Assembly (NCBI GenBank): GCA_040880705.1
Contig: JBBDHU010000006.1
Span: 422,832 to 486,831, forward strand
Direction: 5' to 3'
Origin: Actinomycetota bacterium
GTDB taxonomy: Bacteria > Actinomycetota > UBA4738 > JBBDHU01
Length of the DNA: 64,000 bases
Part shown: piece by piece, positions 35,253 through 45,128 of the stretch
Position numbering within the stretch: position 1 is the first letter of the stretch
Layout: each line of letters starts with the position of its first letter
Notes under the pieces: model-generated
The model's database searches: none
What the model was told of the DNA's origin: nothing
What the model saw: only the letters and a program-made list of their open reading frames with translations
Program-made: the position numbers and the translations under genes

Positions 35253-36635
35253 TTACGGCAGGGACAACCCCGGGGGCGGCGGGGAGCACAGCTCGGCCAG
35301 ACGAGCCTTGAAGTGCGCCAATTCGTCCTGGTATTTAGGCTCGTTTATCCCGTTTCGAAGCTGGAAGGGATCATTCTTGAGGTTGTAGAGTTCCTCCTTC
35401 GCGCCCGCATACTTCACGTAAATGAATCGCCGGGTGCGCAATGCGCAATAGGTCGGCACGGCGCGCGGTTGATCCTCCCAAAGGTGCTCGATCAGGAAGT
35501 CACCTCGCCAGCCTGCTCCTCCCCCCTCGAGCAAGGGCATCAGGCTCGCGCCTTCAACGGCGGGAGCCTCTGCCCCGGCGAGATCCGCGAAAGTCGGCGC
35601 GAGATCGATGTTCAGGACCAGTTGCCGAGCCGTTCTCGGATTCGACGTCAGGGGGTCGTAGCGAACCATCATCGGAACCCGTATGGATTCCTCGTAGGGA
35701 ACGAGTTTTCCGATCCATTTGTGCTCGCCCCACAGATGGCCGTTATCCGACGCGTACACGATCATCGTGTCGTCGAGACGGCCCTCGTCCTCGAGCGTCT
35801 CCACGATGTCCCCCACGGCTTCGTCGACCGCAAGCAGGGTTTGAAGCTGGCGCCGCCTGAACCTGTCGACGTGATTGACCGCGGCGGGATTCAGGGCTCG
35901 GATGTATCTCGGCTTGTCGGTCGTGTCTTCCTCGTTGAAGTTTCGCGGACGCCAGGGCGCCAGATGGCGGAACCGGCGTTCGTGGCGATCCGCAGGAGTG
36001 GCCACCCCGTGGGGGGCAAACGGAGCGAACTCGAGGAAGAGCGGATCGTCTGCGGGGGTCGATCGGATGAAGTCCACTGCCTCTTCGGCCAGCATGTCCG
36101 TCGAGTAGTCGGACGGGTCGCTCCCGAACGACTGAATCGTTCCGTTCACATTGGCCTTGTAGTCGTAATACCCCCCCGTGCCGAGCAATGCCACCCAGCG
36201 ATCCCACCCGGGCGGAATGCCGCCGTTCGCCGGATACAGGTTGAGGTATTTGCCGATCAACGCTGTTCGGTACCCCTCCCCATCCAGCCATGTGGCGATC
36301 GTCGAGGACGGATCGAATGCGTTGAAGCCCTCGTTAGGCCCGCCGTTCAGGTAAACACCCGTCGAGTGTGAGTGAAGGCCCGTCAGGATGCTCGCGCGGC
36401 TGGGGCAACAGAGAGGATTGACCACGAACGCGTTGGAGAAGGTCACTCCATGAGCGCCTATAAGTCCGGAGGTCTCCGGCATCGCGGACATCGTGTCCCA
36501 CCGCTGGTCGTCGCTGAGTATCAGGACGATGTTCGGAGACGCAGGGGCCGCAGCAACATCGTGCCGGGGTACGGGAGTCGCGGCCACTAGAACACCGAGA
36601 CCGGCGGCAACAACTGCAGCCTTCTTCAAGAGCAT
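35253..36635 (-). CDS. secreted sulfatase (arylsulfatase / N-acetylglucosamine-6-sulfatase family)
   Basis: Signal peptide, then NIVLILSDDQRWD and the sulfatase signature CCPSRASILTG (C-x-P-x-R, the formylglycine site), with a later GKYLN... region. Length is 460 aa. Confidence 0.85.
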   Translation of the reverse strand: MLLKKAAVVAAGLGVLVAATPVPRHDVAAAPASPNIVLILSDDQRWDTMSAMPETSGLIGAHGVTFSNAFVVNPLCCPSRASILTGLHSHSTGVYLNGGPNEGFNAFDPSSTIATWLDGEGYRTALIGKYLNLYPANGGIPPGWDRWVALLGTGGYYDYKANVNGTIQSFGSDPSDYSTDMLAEEAVDFIRSTPADDPLFLEFAPFAPHGVATPADRHERRFRHLAPWRPRNFNEEDTTDKPRYIRALNPAAVNHVDRFRRRQLQTLLAVDEAVGDIVETLEDEGRLDDTMIVYASDNGHLWGEHKWIGKLVPYEESIRVPMMVRYDPLTSNPRTARQLVLNIDLAPTFADLAGAEAPAVEGASLMPLLEGGGAGWRGDFLIEHLWEDQPRAVPTYCALRTRRFIYVKYAGAKEELYNLKNDPFQLRNGINEPKYQDELAHFKARLAELCSPPPPGLSLP

Positions 36636-36659
36636 TCGGTCACGATATCGAACCCGGCT

Positions 36660-37808
36660 CTACAAGCGCGCGTAGTGAGTGAAATCCGCCTCGATTCTCG
36701 GAATCAATCCCGTGACGTACTCGCCGTAAGTGCATCCGTAGCACCAAGACGAGGCCCTTATCGCCTCGGCCGTTTTCATTGCGTCGGCACAGCGCCTCAG
36801 CGATCGGATTACGTCGCCGTAGCCGTACGAGGAGGATCCCCGCACGAGAGTCAGCCGGGTCGCGTCCAAACCTTGTTCCAGTGAAATGTAGTTCTTCACC
36901 CCCACGGAGTTGAAGTCGCTCGCCCCATCCATCGGATAGGTCGTTGCAAGAGGGTTCCATTGAGCATCCGTGAATTCGTTGACCTGCCAGGCCACAACCG
37001 CAACCAGGTTGTCGTGGCAAGCCGGGGCCTGCATCTCGTGGAGGAGATATGAGGCCCACCCGCCGAACGTCGCCGAGTCCGTTCCATGAAATACCTCCGA
37101 CACCGACGCGACGTCGGACTCCGTCAGATTCCCCTCGGCCACGAGATCGACCAGCGCGTCACGGGCATCGAACAGGTCCAACTGGGCTGCCTGCAACTGA
37201 TTTGATTTCTCCTCCAAGACCTTCTGTTGCTCGCCCAGCATCTCCAGTGCTTCGTTCTGCTGCTGGGAGTACTGCTCGAGATCCGCGCCGTGAGCCTCCA
37301 AGGCGTAAGTAGTTTGTGAGACACGTTCGGCTAGCTGCTCGCTGCCGAGCGCGACCATGGAGAGGTAGTCAAGGCGCTCGTTGAAGTCGCTGCCGGAGGT
37401 TGAGCCGAATATCACGTCGAAGGTTCCCCCTCCGGCCCCTTGCATGTATGCGTTTCGCACTACGAAAGCCTTGCGCTCTTCCAAGAGCTCGGCTTCTTCC
37501 TGAGCCGCCGAAATCTGTTCTCGCGTTTCCGCCAGCTGGTCGTCCAGGCTCTTTGCCGCCAGCGACCCGTCGGCGATGCGGGACCTGATCCCCTCCACCT
37601 GGAGCGTCAGGGATTCCTTTTGTCGCCGGCCCGATTCGATCTGCTGCTCGAGCCTTTCAAGTTGGGCGCGGGCCTCGGCGAGTTCGGATTGGGAAGCGGC
37701 GGGGATCGTGGAGGAGACCGAAACTACAGCGGCCAGGGCAACAACGAACAAAGGCGCGCGCAGAACACGCGCCGGCCTGGTGCCACGGGGACCGCGCGTC
37801 CCAGCCAT
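36660..37808 (-). CDS. secreted protein with a long N-terminal coiled-coil and a C-terminal globular domain (unknown function)
   Basis: Signal peptide RAPLFVVALAAVVSVSS. About 200 aa of heptad-like Q/E/L-rich sequence follows. The C-terminal domain has conserved Trp and Cys (AWQVNEF, WCYGCTYGEY). Confidence 0.55.
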   Translation of the reverse strand: MAGTRGPRGTRPARVLRAPLFVVALAAVVSVSSTIPAASQSELAEARAQLERLEQQIESGRRQKESLTLQVEGIRSRIADGSLAAKSLDDQLAETREQISAAQEEAELLEERKAFVVRNAYMQGAGGGTFDVIFGSTSGSDFNERLDYLSMVALGSEQLAERVSQTTYALEAHGADLEQYSQQQNEALEMLGEQQKVLEEKSNQLQAAQLDLFDARDALVDLVAEGNLTESDVASVSEVFHGTDSATFGGWASYLLHEMQAPACHDNLVAVVAWQVNEFTDAQWNPLATTYPMDGASDFNSVGVKNYISLEQGLDATRLTLVRGSSSYGYGDVIRSLRRCADAMKTAEAIRASSWCYGCTYGEYVTGLIPRIEADFTHYARL

Positions 37809-37898
37809 GGGTATGACTAAGTTAGCTCAGGATCGAGGTTCTTCGAGTAGCCCTGCCGATTTGGCCGCTGGGCTCGTGACCGGTGAGGCACGCACCCT

Positions 37899-39332
37899 TC
37901 AGGCCTCGGGATCGAGCATCAAAGGAGCCCGAGGCAACTGGTTGAAGTCGAAGGCGAGCTCCATGTCGCCGAGGATGGGAACGTTCTCGCGAACTATCGG
38001 TCTCGAGTCCGGCCTGCTCATCGTGGCCGGGTCGAGGCGCTGACCCCCGAGGAACCTGTCTTCGATAAACTTCAGGTACGCGTCGAAGGAAAGCGTCTGA
38101 TGATGGATGAACCCCTTCTTGGCGAACGGGCTGATGACCATAGCCGGGACCCGCATACCGTAGCCCAGGTTATCGACCTTCATAGGTTTAACGTGGTCGT
38201 AGAAGCCGCCCCAGTCGTCCCACGTCAGGAAGATGGCCATATTCCTCCACTGCGGCGAGTTCCCCAGGGCGTTGATGAGTCTTGTGACGTAAGCGTGACC
38301 GGGCTGCATCGAGCCGTGAGCCGGATGCTCGCTATCCCGAAGTCCGGGGATGACCCATGAAACTTCTGGGAGTGTTCCGTCTCGCGCGGCGTCGAGGAAG
38401 TCCGAAACGTGCTGAATGTTGCCGAGCTGGTCGTTCTGCCTGACCGTAAGGAACCCGGGCTGCGTGTTGAACCAGGGCGATGACGCCGTCCTCTTGTCGA
38501 TCGGATCGCAAGGCCATATCTCCGGGCAGGTGAGTCGCGTCCCCTCCCCGACGTACCACCCCCAGCTCACACCGGCTTCGAAGAGAAGGTGTGTGATGTC
38601 GGTCCATGCATACGGTCCGTACGACCGGTTCCTCACGTTGCCGGTGCAGCTCATCGGGTTGAGGTTCTTGCAGGTGGCCGCCCAAGCGGAGGTGAGGAAC
38701 TGGTGCGCCGGCAGACTCCAGGAGTCCGTGGGAGCGAACATACGATCCTGCAGGACGAACTCGTCGGCGTAGGCCCAGTAGTTGGGTATATCGGCGCGCC
38801 GGTAGTAAGTCATGACGTCCGGTTGTCCGCCCGGACCGTTCTTCCTCTTGCAGTCCCCCTCGAAGGGCTTAACCGCGCACTTGGCTCCCTGCTTGACGAC
38901 ACTCCTGATGAAGCCGTCCATCTTTCCGCCGTTAACGTCCCGGCGAGAGGCGGGCTGAGTGTGTGGACCGCCGTGGTTGTGATACTTCCGCACGTGATAA
39001 GGCGGCAGACATTTGTTGTTTAGCACCGGGTGGGGGTTGCAGACCGTGATTTTCCCGTCCGGCCGTCTGGGGATTCCGTCGGCGCCTGGATACATGCCGA
39101 AATAGTGATCGAACGAACGATTCTCCTGGACGATGATGACGATGTTCTTGATCTTGAAGATCCCGCCTGGCCGGTTGGGCGGCCGTGGGGCGGGGTCGCC
39201 CTCCTCGGCCGGCGTGAGCGCGGCCGAGGCCAGGGCCGCCAGGACGACGATCGCGAGGAGGGCACGGCGGTGACCTGGAGATGTGGTGCCGATCCGCCGC
39301 CCGTGAATCTTCGGGGCCTTAGACATCGCCAA
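37899..39332 (-). CDS. phosphoesterase family protein (non-hemolytic phospholipase C / acid phosphatase AcpA family), secreted
   Basis: [26 protein letters not shown] is the hallmark of the PLC/AcpA phosphoesterase family. A later [12 protein letters not shown] metal-site motif is present. Signal peptide at the N-terminus. Confidence 0.8.
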   Translation of the reverse strand: MAMSKAPKIHGRRIGTTSPGHRRALLAIVVLAALASAALTPAEEGDPAPRPPNRPGGIFKIKNIVIIVQENRSFDHYFGMYPGADGIPRRPDGKITVCNPHPVLNNKCLPPYHVRKYHNHGGPHTQPASRRDVNGGKMDGFIRSVVKQGAKCAVKPFEGDCKRKNGPGGQPDVMTYYRRADIPNYWAYADEFVLQDRMFAPTDSWSLPAHQFLTSAWAATCKNLNPMSCTGNVRNRSYGPYAWTDITHLLFEAGVSWGWYVGEGTRLTCPEIWPCDPIDKRTASSPWFNTQPGFLTVRQNDQLGNIQHVSDFLDAARDGTLPEVSWVIPGLRDSEHPAHGSMQPGHAYVTRLINALGNSPQWRNMAIFLTWDDWGGFYDHVKPMKVDNLGYGMRVPAMVISPFAKKGFIHHQTLSFDAYLKFIEDRFLGGQRLDPATMSRPDSRPIVRENVPILGDMELAFDFNQLPRAPLMLDPEA

Positions 39333-39385
39333 GCAGTCTAACTCGGCGTCCCTTTTTCAATTTGCTCCGATATAGTCCCTCGGTC

Positions 39386-40837
39386 ATGCGTGGAACCCCC
39401 TGGTCTAGGCGCCTTTCTCTTGCGGCAGCAGCAGCGCTGGCGGTGAGCTTCGTCGGTCCGGGAGCCCGGGCCGCGCTCGGGGATTGCAGGGGCGAGGTTC
39501 CGACCATCACCGGCACGGCCGGAGACGACTACATCGAGGGAACCGACGGCGATGACGTCATCGTGGGCCTGGAGGGGAACGACGTGATCGACGGCTTCAA
39601 GGGTCACGACGTGATCTGCGGCGATGAGGGAAACGACGGGATCATAGGGGGCGTGGACGCGAAGGACGGCCCCTACGGGAACGACATCATCGACGGGGGT
39701 CCGGGGAACGACGGCCTCTTCGGGGTGCAAGGCAACGACATCCAGTACGGGGGCGACGGCAACGACGTGATGACGAGCGGCAACGGCGACCCCGGCGTGG
39801 ACCGCCTCTTCGGCGAGGCCGGCAACGACTACCTGCTCAATGCCGGGCCGTCGGACGACCTGGTGCTCGGGGGAGACGGAGATGACGTTCTCCACGGCAG
39901 GGGCGGGGACGACAGACTTCGAGGCGAAGCCGGAAACGACATACTCATCGGAGGCACAGGGAACGACCGGTTGGTCGGCGGCGACGGTGACGACCGGCTT
40001 TACGGAGAAGACCACAACGACCGCATGCTCGGAGAGGCCGGCGACGACCTACTCGACGGGGGACGCGATTCGGACAACCTTAGGGGCGGCGGGGGCGCCG
40101 ATATCTGTATGGACCCCGACGGCGGCGGCCATTGTGAGTCGGTCACCCGAAATCGGCCACGGGCCGGCCGCGGTTCGATGTGCGATGGAAAACGCGGCAC
40201 GATTGTGGGGACAGCGAAGAGCGACATCCTGATCGGCACCGGCCAAGGTGACGTCATGATCGGCAAGGCCGGAAACGACGTGATCCTGGGAGGAAACGGA
40301 CGAGACACGATCTGCGGAGAAGCGGGGATCGACAGCATCCTGGCGGGCGGAGGCAAGGACACGATGCTCGGCGGCAGCGGCGCCGACGCCCTGTTCACGG
40401 ACGCCGGGCCGGATGATGCGTTCGGCGGCAACGGCGACGATTTGTTGCGAGGCGTGGGCGGTCACAAGGGTGACCTGACTTTCTTCGGCGAGGAGGGCAA
40501 CGATCTGCTGTTCGGAGGATCCGACTCAGACGAAATGGACGGAGGCAACGGCAACGACGTGTTCTACGGCGGACCCGGTGACGAGACCATGATCGGCGGC
40601 GAAGGTGATGACGTCACATACGGCGACGATCACTTCGACGTCATAGACGGCGGCGGGGGCAACGACCACCTCACCGGGGGGTTCCACGAGGACACGATTT
40701 TCGGAGGAACCGGCGACGACATCCTGGACGGCAACACGGGGAGCGACACCCTCGACGGCGGCGACGACACGGACATCTGCCTGAGCGGTGAGGTCGCCCC
40801 CACGAACTGCGAATCGGTTCCCGTTCCGATCGTTTAG
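39386..40837 (+). CDS. secreted calcium-binding RTX / beta-roll repeat protein
   Basis: Signal peptide (RRLSLAAAAALAVSFVGPGARA), then more than 30 nonapeptide-like GGxGxDxL/I/V repeats spanning almost the whole protein (GTDGDDVIVGLEGNDVIDGFKGHDVICGDEGNDGIIGG ...). Start placed at ATG 39386; the track's start at 39362 is TTG. Confidence 0.7.
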   Translation: MRGTPWSRRLSLAAAAALAVSFVGPGARAALGDCRGEVPTITGTAGDDYIEGTDGDDVIVGLEGNDVIDGFKGHDVICGDEGNDGIIGGVDAKDGPYGNDIIDGGPGNDGLFGVQGNDIQYGGDGNDVMTSGNGDPGVDRLFGEAGNDYLLNAGPSDDLVLGGDGDDVLHGRGGDDRLRGEAGNDILIGGTGNDRLVGGDGDDRLYGEDHNDRMLGEAGDDLLDGGRDSDNLRGGGGADICMDPDGGGHCESVTRNRPRAGRGSMCDGKRGTIVGTAKSDILIGTGQGDVMIGKAGNDVILGGNGRDTICGEAGIDSILAGGGKDTMLGGSGADALFTDAGPDDAFGGNGDDLLRGVGGHKGDLTFFGEEGNDLLFGGSDSDEMDGGNGNDVFYGGPGDETMIGGEGDDVTYGDDHFDVIDGGGGNDHLTGGFHEDTIFGGTGDDILDGNTGSDTLDGGDDTDICLSGEVAPTNCESVPVPIV

Positions 40838-40849
40838 CAGGACGACCTA

Positions 40850-41040
40850 GCCGCCGCTCGCCGACCGGTGGCCGGCCGGCCCCCCTCTCTCCGACAGGTT
40901 CTGCGCGGCATTGACGAGACCCACATGGGTGAAGGCCCGAGGGAAGTCACCCAAGAGGCGCTTCCCTTGCCGGTCCTTCCGACGAGCGCGGCGGAACGCG
41001 CGTCCTCGATGAGTCCCTAGTTCTCGATACGCAATGGCAC
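40850..41040 (-). pseudogene. remnant of the 3' end of a glycoside hydrolase family 15-like (glucoamylase/trehalase-type) gene
   Basis: The minus-strand translation ...KRLLGDFPRAFTHVGLVNAAQNLSERGG* resembles the conserved GH15 C-terminal motif (GNFPQAFSHxGLINAA). The frame breaks about 20 codons upstream. The body of the gene is absent, and the sulfotransferase gene begins at 41116. Confidence 0.3.
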
Positions 41041-41115
41041 GAACGCCGATTCTCTCCTCACGGTCTTACTGAGTCCAGCTCTTTGGCGATACATAGACGC
41101 CGCTAGACTTCCAGC

Positions 41116-42087
41116 GTGACGTCTTCACCGGTCTTCGTTGTTGGGTGTCCTCGATCGGGGACAACACTTGTCCGGCTGATGCTAGACGCGCATCCCGATC
41201 TCGCGATCCCGCCGGAGTCTCACTTCATCCCGCTGGCTTGGCGTGTTCGTCGCCGGTACGAAGGACCGAACGGCTTCAACGCCGAACTTCTTGCAAGGCA
41301 GATCATGCACGGCCATCGGTTCCGCGAATGGGAGCTCCCGGAGGAGGCGGTGTGGCGGCAGCTGGAGACCTTGGAGCGCCCCGATTTCACGTCGGTTATC
41401 GAAGCCTTCTTCGTGGCCTATTCGGAGTTCCAGGGAAAGCCGAAGTGGGGAGACAAGACCCCTAACTATTCCGCGGATATGCCGCTATTAGCGACCCTGT
41501 GGCCCGATGCGCGGTTCGTTCATGTAGTTCGAGACGGTCGGAATGTGTCGGCTTCGCTGCTGGAAATCCCGCGACCCAGAATGAATATCACTGAGGCGGC
41601 GCAGATGTGGTCGGAGAGGGTCAAGAAGGGGGCGCAAGACGGTCTGTCGCTCGGAGACAGGTATCTGGAAATCCGGTACGAGGATCTTCTGGCAGACGCT
41701 TCCCACATACTCGCACTCGTCTGCGACCACGTGGATTTGGATTTCCGACCCGAGATGCTCGAATTCAGTCGCAGCGCGCCGTCGTCAATCCCCACGCGAT
41801 CTTGGGAGGACTATCACCGGAACCTCGCCAAGCCGCTAACGGTAACGAGGGACTGGCGCGCCTCACTGGCGGCCGCTCAAGTCGCCGCCATAGAGGCGGT
41901 CGCGGGTAATGAGCTCACCGAGTTCGGCTATGAGAGGCATTTCGAAATCGTGCCATTTCATGTGCGGGTGAAGGCGCGTCTCACCGTTCTTCTGAACAAG
42001 GTCATGCACCTGGGATGGAAAATCCGCATTACGATCACGACGCGCTTCCACCCGAATTTCATACCGCCGCCCCGGCGCTGGCTATAA
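41116..42087 (+). CDS. sulfotransferase family protein (PAPS-dependent, Stf-like), paralog 1
   Basis: GTG start. 5'-PSB loop VFVVGCPRSGTTLVRLML and 3'-PB motif VRDGRNVSASL are present. The protein is collinear with the ORFs at 49604 and 53915 (LDxHPDLAIPPES, GDKTP). Confidence 0.75.
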   Translation: MTSSPVFVVGCPRSGTTLVRLMLDAHPDLAIPPESHFIPLAWRVRRRYEGPNGFNAELLARQIMHGHRFREWELPEEAVWRQLETLERPDFTSVIEAFFVAYSEFQGKPKWGDKTPNYSADMPLLATLWPDARFVHVVRDGRNVSASLLEIPRPRMNITEAAQMWSERVKKGAQDGLSLGDRYLEIRYEDLLADASHILALVCDHVDLDFRPEMLEFSRSAPSSIPTRSWEDYHRNLAKPLTVTRDWRASLAAAQVAAIEAVAGNELTEFGYERHFEIVPFHVRVKARLTVLLNKVMHLGWKIRITITTRFHPNFIPPPRRWL

Positions 42088-42108
42088 CGGAACTCCAATC
42101 GAATTATG

Positions 42109-42192
42109 TGCCCGGGGAGGGATTCGAACCCTCACGCCCCGAAGGGCAGGCGCTTTTAAGGCGCCGTCGTCTACCGTTTCCGACACCCGGGC
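42109..42192 (-). tRNA. tRNA-Leu (anticodon TAA)
   Basis: The minus strand reads GCCCGGGTGTCGGAAACGGTAGACGACGGCGCCTTAAAAGCGCCTGCCCTTCGGGGCGTGAGGGTTCGAATCCCTCCCCGGGCA. It has a 7-bp acceptor stem, an anticodon loop CUUAAAA, a long variable arm and T-loop GGTTCGAATCC, and is 84 nt. No CCA is encoded. Confidence 0.85.
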
Positions 42193-42215
42193 CTGGCGGG
42201 TGCTTCGAATAGATC

Positions 42216-43196
42216 CTAGGCCCGCTGAGCCCATGGGCCCGCTCGCTCCGCGAACCATTCAACGGTCATTCGTAGGCCCTCCTCAAAGGAGAACTTGGGC
42301 CGGTACCCCAGAACTTCCTCAGCCTTGCTGATATCGGCCTGGCTCGTTCGTATCTCGCCGACCCTCGGCGGTTCTCGCTGCGGTTCTAAGTGGTCTCCGG
42401 GAACCAGTCCCTGGATCGTTTGAAGCAAGTCGTTGACGGAGTGACGGCCGTTGTACGCCACGTTGATGACTTTCCCTAAGGCTTTCTCCCCGGCCTCCGC
42501 GGCCAGGAGGTTTGCAGCGACCACGTCGCCGACGAAAGTGAAATCGCGGGCTTGCTCGCCATCCCCGTATATAGTCGCGGGCTCGTCATCCATCGTCGCG
42601 GAAATGAAACGGGGAACGACAGCCGCGTACTCTGCCGTCGGGTTCTGATTCGGGCCGAACACATTGAAGTATCGAAGCGAAACGGTGGCCAGCCCGAAAG
42701 AGTGATGGAAAGCGGAGGCATAGGCTTCCCCGGCAAGCTTGGAGACGCCATAGGGAGACAGTGGATGTGTGGGAAGGTCCTCGGACACTGGCATTCGTTC
42801 GGCGTTTCCGTAAACCGAGGAGGAAGACGCAAATACGACACGCTCGACGTGCTCGTCACGAGCCGCCATGAGTACGTTCAGCGTGCCGGTGACATTAGCC
42901 ATATGTGTCGCACGAGGATCTTTGACCGACCGGGCAACGGAAGGAATCGCAGCTTGATGAAACGCAGCCTTGACGTCGCGCATGGCCTCTAGAACCGTCG
43001 CGGCATCTCGAACGTCCCCGTTCATGAACTGAACCTGCTCCGACGAGAACTGCGCCAGATTCTCCGTCCTTCCAGTAGACAGGTCATCCAGCACACGGAC
43101 ACGATCGCCTCGTTCCACCAATGCTTGGACGAGGTTCGAACCGATGAAGCCCGCCCCTCCGGTGACGAGGTGTAGACCGCGCGAACCTACGACCAA
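42216..43196 (-). CDS. NAD-dependent epimerase/dehydratase (UDP-sugar 4-epimerase-like, short-chain dehydrogenase/reductase)
   Basis: N-terminal Rossmann motif VTGGAGFIGSNLV, a catalytic YxxxK (PYGVSKLAGE) and a 326-aa length. Confidence 0.85.
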   Translation of the reverse strand: MVVGSRGLHLVTGGAGFIGSNLVQALVERGDRVRVLDDLSTGRTENLAQFSSEQVQFMNGDVRDAATVLEAMRDVKAAFHQAAIPSVARSVKDPRATHMANVTGTLNVLMAARDEHVERVVFASSSSVYGNAERMPVSEDLPTHPLSPYGVSKLAGEAYASAFHHSFGLATVSLRYFNVFGPNQNPTAEYAAVVPRFISATMDDEPATIYGDGEQARDFTFVGDVVAANLLAAEAGEKALGKVINVAYNGRHSVNDLLQTIQGLVPGDHLEPQREPPRVGEIRTSQADISKAEEVLGYRPKFSFEEGLRMTVEWFAERAGPWAQRA

Positions 43197-43211
43197 GACG
43201 GGGCCAATCTC

Positions 43212-45128
43212 CTAGTCTTCGTCCGCCGGAACTTCAAGGAGATCCGCGAGCGTTTCATCCGTAACGGCGCCCGGAGCTGGATGGTAAGTGGAAACAGTCT
43301 CCTGAAGAAGGGCCCGGATCCTTGCGGGATTCCCTTCCGCCGCGGCTTCCGAAAGCAGCGTCAGGTTGCGCTCCAGTGAGTCGGGGTCGGGCTCAGCGCC
43401 GATCCCTGCGACGAAAATCTTCTCTTCAACCGTCGCAACGGTGCCGGCCTCCGCCAGGACAATCTCTTCCTTCATTTTCTCTCCCGGTCGAGCACCAGTG
43501 AACTGGATGGGCACGTCGACGTCCGGCTCGAGCCCCGAGAGGCGGATCAGCGCCTCCGCCAGATCGACGACACGAACCGGGTCTCCCATGTCGAGGGTGA
43601 AGACCTCTCCCCCCCGGCCTAGGGAGGCGGCCCTCAGAATAAGCCTGGCGGCCTCCGTCACGGTCATGACGAATCTCTCCATCGAGGGGTCCGTCACCGT
43701 TATGGGTCCCCCCCGCCGGATCTGTTCCTCCAGAATCGGGAGTAGGCTGCCCCGGCTGCCCAGGACGTTTCCAAATCTGACGGCGACGAACCTTGTGGCG
43801 CTCGACTCGTCAAACCTGTGAACGATCATTTCGGCAACCCTCTTCGACGCTCCCATGACCGAAGTGGGATTCACTGCCTTATCCGTCGAGATGAGAACGA
43901 AGCTCTCGCTCCCCGACTCCGCCGCCGCTTCCGCCATCGCCGCGGTTCCAAGGATGTTGGCGGAGACGGCTTCTTGCGGGTGCGACTCCATCATCGGCAC
44001 ATGTTTATAGGCCGCCGCGTGGAAGACGAGCTGCGGGCGAAAGGTGCCGAAGACCTGCCGCAATCTATCCCGATTCCTGACGTCGCCTACAACTGGAAAC
44101 ACGGGAACGCGGGGTGCGGTGCGCCTCAGGTCGAGTTCGAGACCGAAGAGTCTGGTCTCGTCCTTTTCGAAGAGGACCATCCGGCCCGGCTCGAACTGTG
44201 AGATCTGTCTCGAGAGCTCTGCGCCGACAGAGCCGGCCGCTCCGGTAATAAGGACGGTGGTTCCATACAGATACGATCCAACGGGTCCCATGTCGATGTT
44301 CACGGGTTCCCGCATGAGGAGGTCCTCCACGTTCACCTCCCGGACGGACGAGAGAGTTATGCGACCCTCCAACATCGCCTCGACGCTCGGGAGGATTCGG
44401 ATTCCCTGAACCCCTGCCGTGCGAGCGGCAACGACGACCTCGCGAATAACCGCTCCGGATGCCGACGGCATCGCCACGATCACTTCGTTTACCTTCTCCT
44501 CCGCGATGATCCGCGGCATCTGATCCCGGCCCCCGCGAATGTGGACGCCATGCAGATAGTTCCCGAACTTGACAGGATCGTCGTCGATCACGCCCACGAC
44601 CTTGTAACCACGCCGCGAGTACAGGAGCTCACGGACGAGCTGCTCGCCGGAATGCCCGCCGCCGACCAGGAGCACGCGGACGGAGTCCTCGTTGTGGTCT
44701 CGGGAGGTCAGAACCTGATGGATCCTCCGGCCCATGCGCACTCCGCCCACACCGATCAGCGTGAGGAGGAAGTCGATCGGCAAGATCGAGCGCGGAAGCG
44801 ACGGGAGGCCGAAGTTGCCACCTAACAGATAGGCAAGGGTTCCCCAGGCCAGCGTTCCAACGATGGTTGCCAGTCCCACATTGATCATGTCCCGCGCGCC
44901 GACGTAGCGCCAAGTCAGTCGATAAAGGCGGAACGCGGCGTTCGCGATGAACTTCGGGCCTATCGCAATCAGAAGAAAGGCTGCGATCGCTCCCCAATAC
45001 TTGGGAGGAATGTCCCCATCGAATCGAATGACGAAGGCTCCGTACATAGAGGCGGTGAAGACCAGGTAGTCGCAAGCAAGGAAAAAGAGCACGCGTTTTC
45101 TGTTCGTCGGGTTGAGAAGCTGACTCAT
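43212..45128 (-). CDS. membrane-bound polysaccharide biosynthesis protein CapD/PglF/WbpM family (UDP-N-acetylglucosamine 4,6-dehydratase)
   Basis: 4 N-terminal TM helices, a linker Rossmann region (VLLVGGGHSGEQL) and a catalytic SDR domain (VLITGAAGSVGAEL...AYKHV). Start placed at ATG 45128 (MSQLLNP), which overlaps the upstream stop in an ATGA. Confidence 0.85.
   Translation of the reverse strand: MSQLLNPTNRKRVLFFLACDYLVFTASMYGAFVIRFDGDIPPKYWGAIAAFLLIAIGPKFIANAAFRLYRLTWRYVGARDMINVGLATIVGTLAWGTLAYLLGGNFGLPSLPRSILPIDFLLTLIGVGGVRMGRRIHQVLTSRDHNEDSVRVLLVGGGHSGEQLVRELLYSRRGYKVVGVIDDDPVKFGNYLHGVHIRGGRDQMPRIIAEEKVNEVIVAMPSASGAVIREVVVAARTAGVQGIRILPSVEAMLEGRITLSSVREVNVEDLLMREPVNIDMGPVGSYLYGTTVLITGAAGSVGAELSRQISQFEPGRMVLFEKDETRLFGLELDLRRTAPRVPVFPVVGDVRNRDRLRQVFGTFRPQLVFHAAAYKHVPMMESHPQEAVSANILGTAAMAEAAAESGSESFVLISTDKAVNPTSVMGASKRVAEMIVHRFDESSATRFVAVRFGNVLGSRGSLLPILEEQIRRGGPITVTDPSMERFVMTVTEAARLILRAASLGRGGEVFTLDMGDPVRVVDLAEALIRLSGLEPDVDVPIQFTGARPGEKMKEEIVLAEAGTVATVEEKIFVAGIGAEPDPDSLERNLTLLSEAAAEGNPARIRALLQETVSTYHPAPGAVTDETLADLLEVPADED

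Noticed and set aside
36660-37808. Assigning the coiled-coil secreted protein as an NlpC/P60 (RipA-like) or M23 peptidoglycan hydrolase
   Set aside because: The N-terminal coiled-coil resembles RipA-type proteins, but the C-terminal domain lacks the Cys-His-His (NlpC/P60) and HxxxD/HxH (M23) catalytic signatures. The function is left open.
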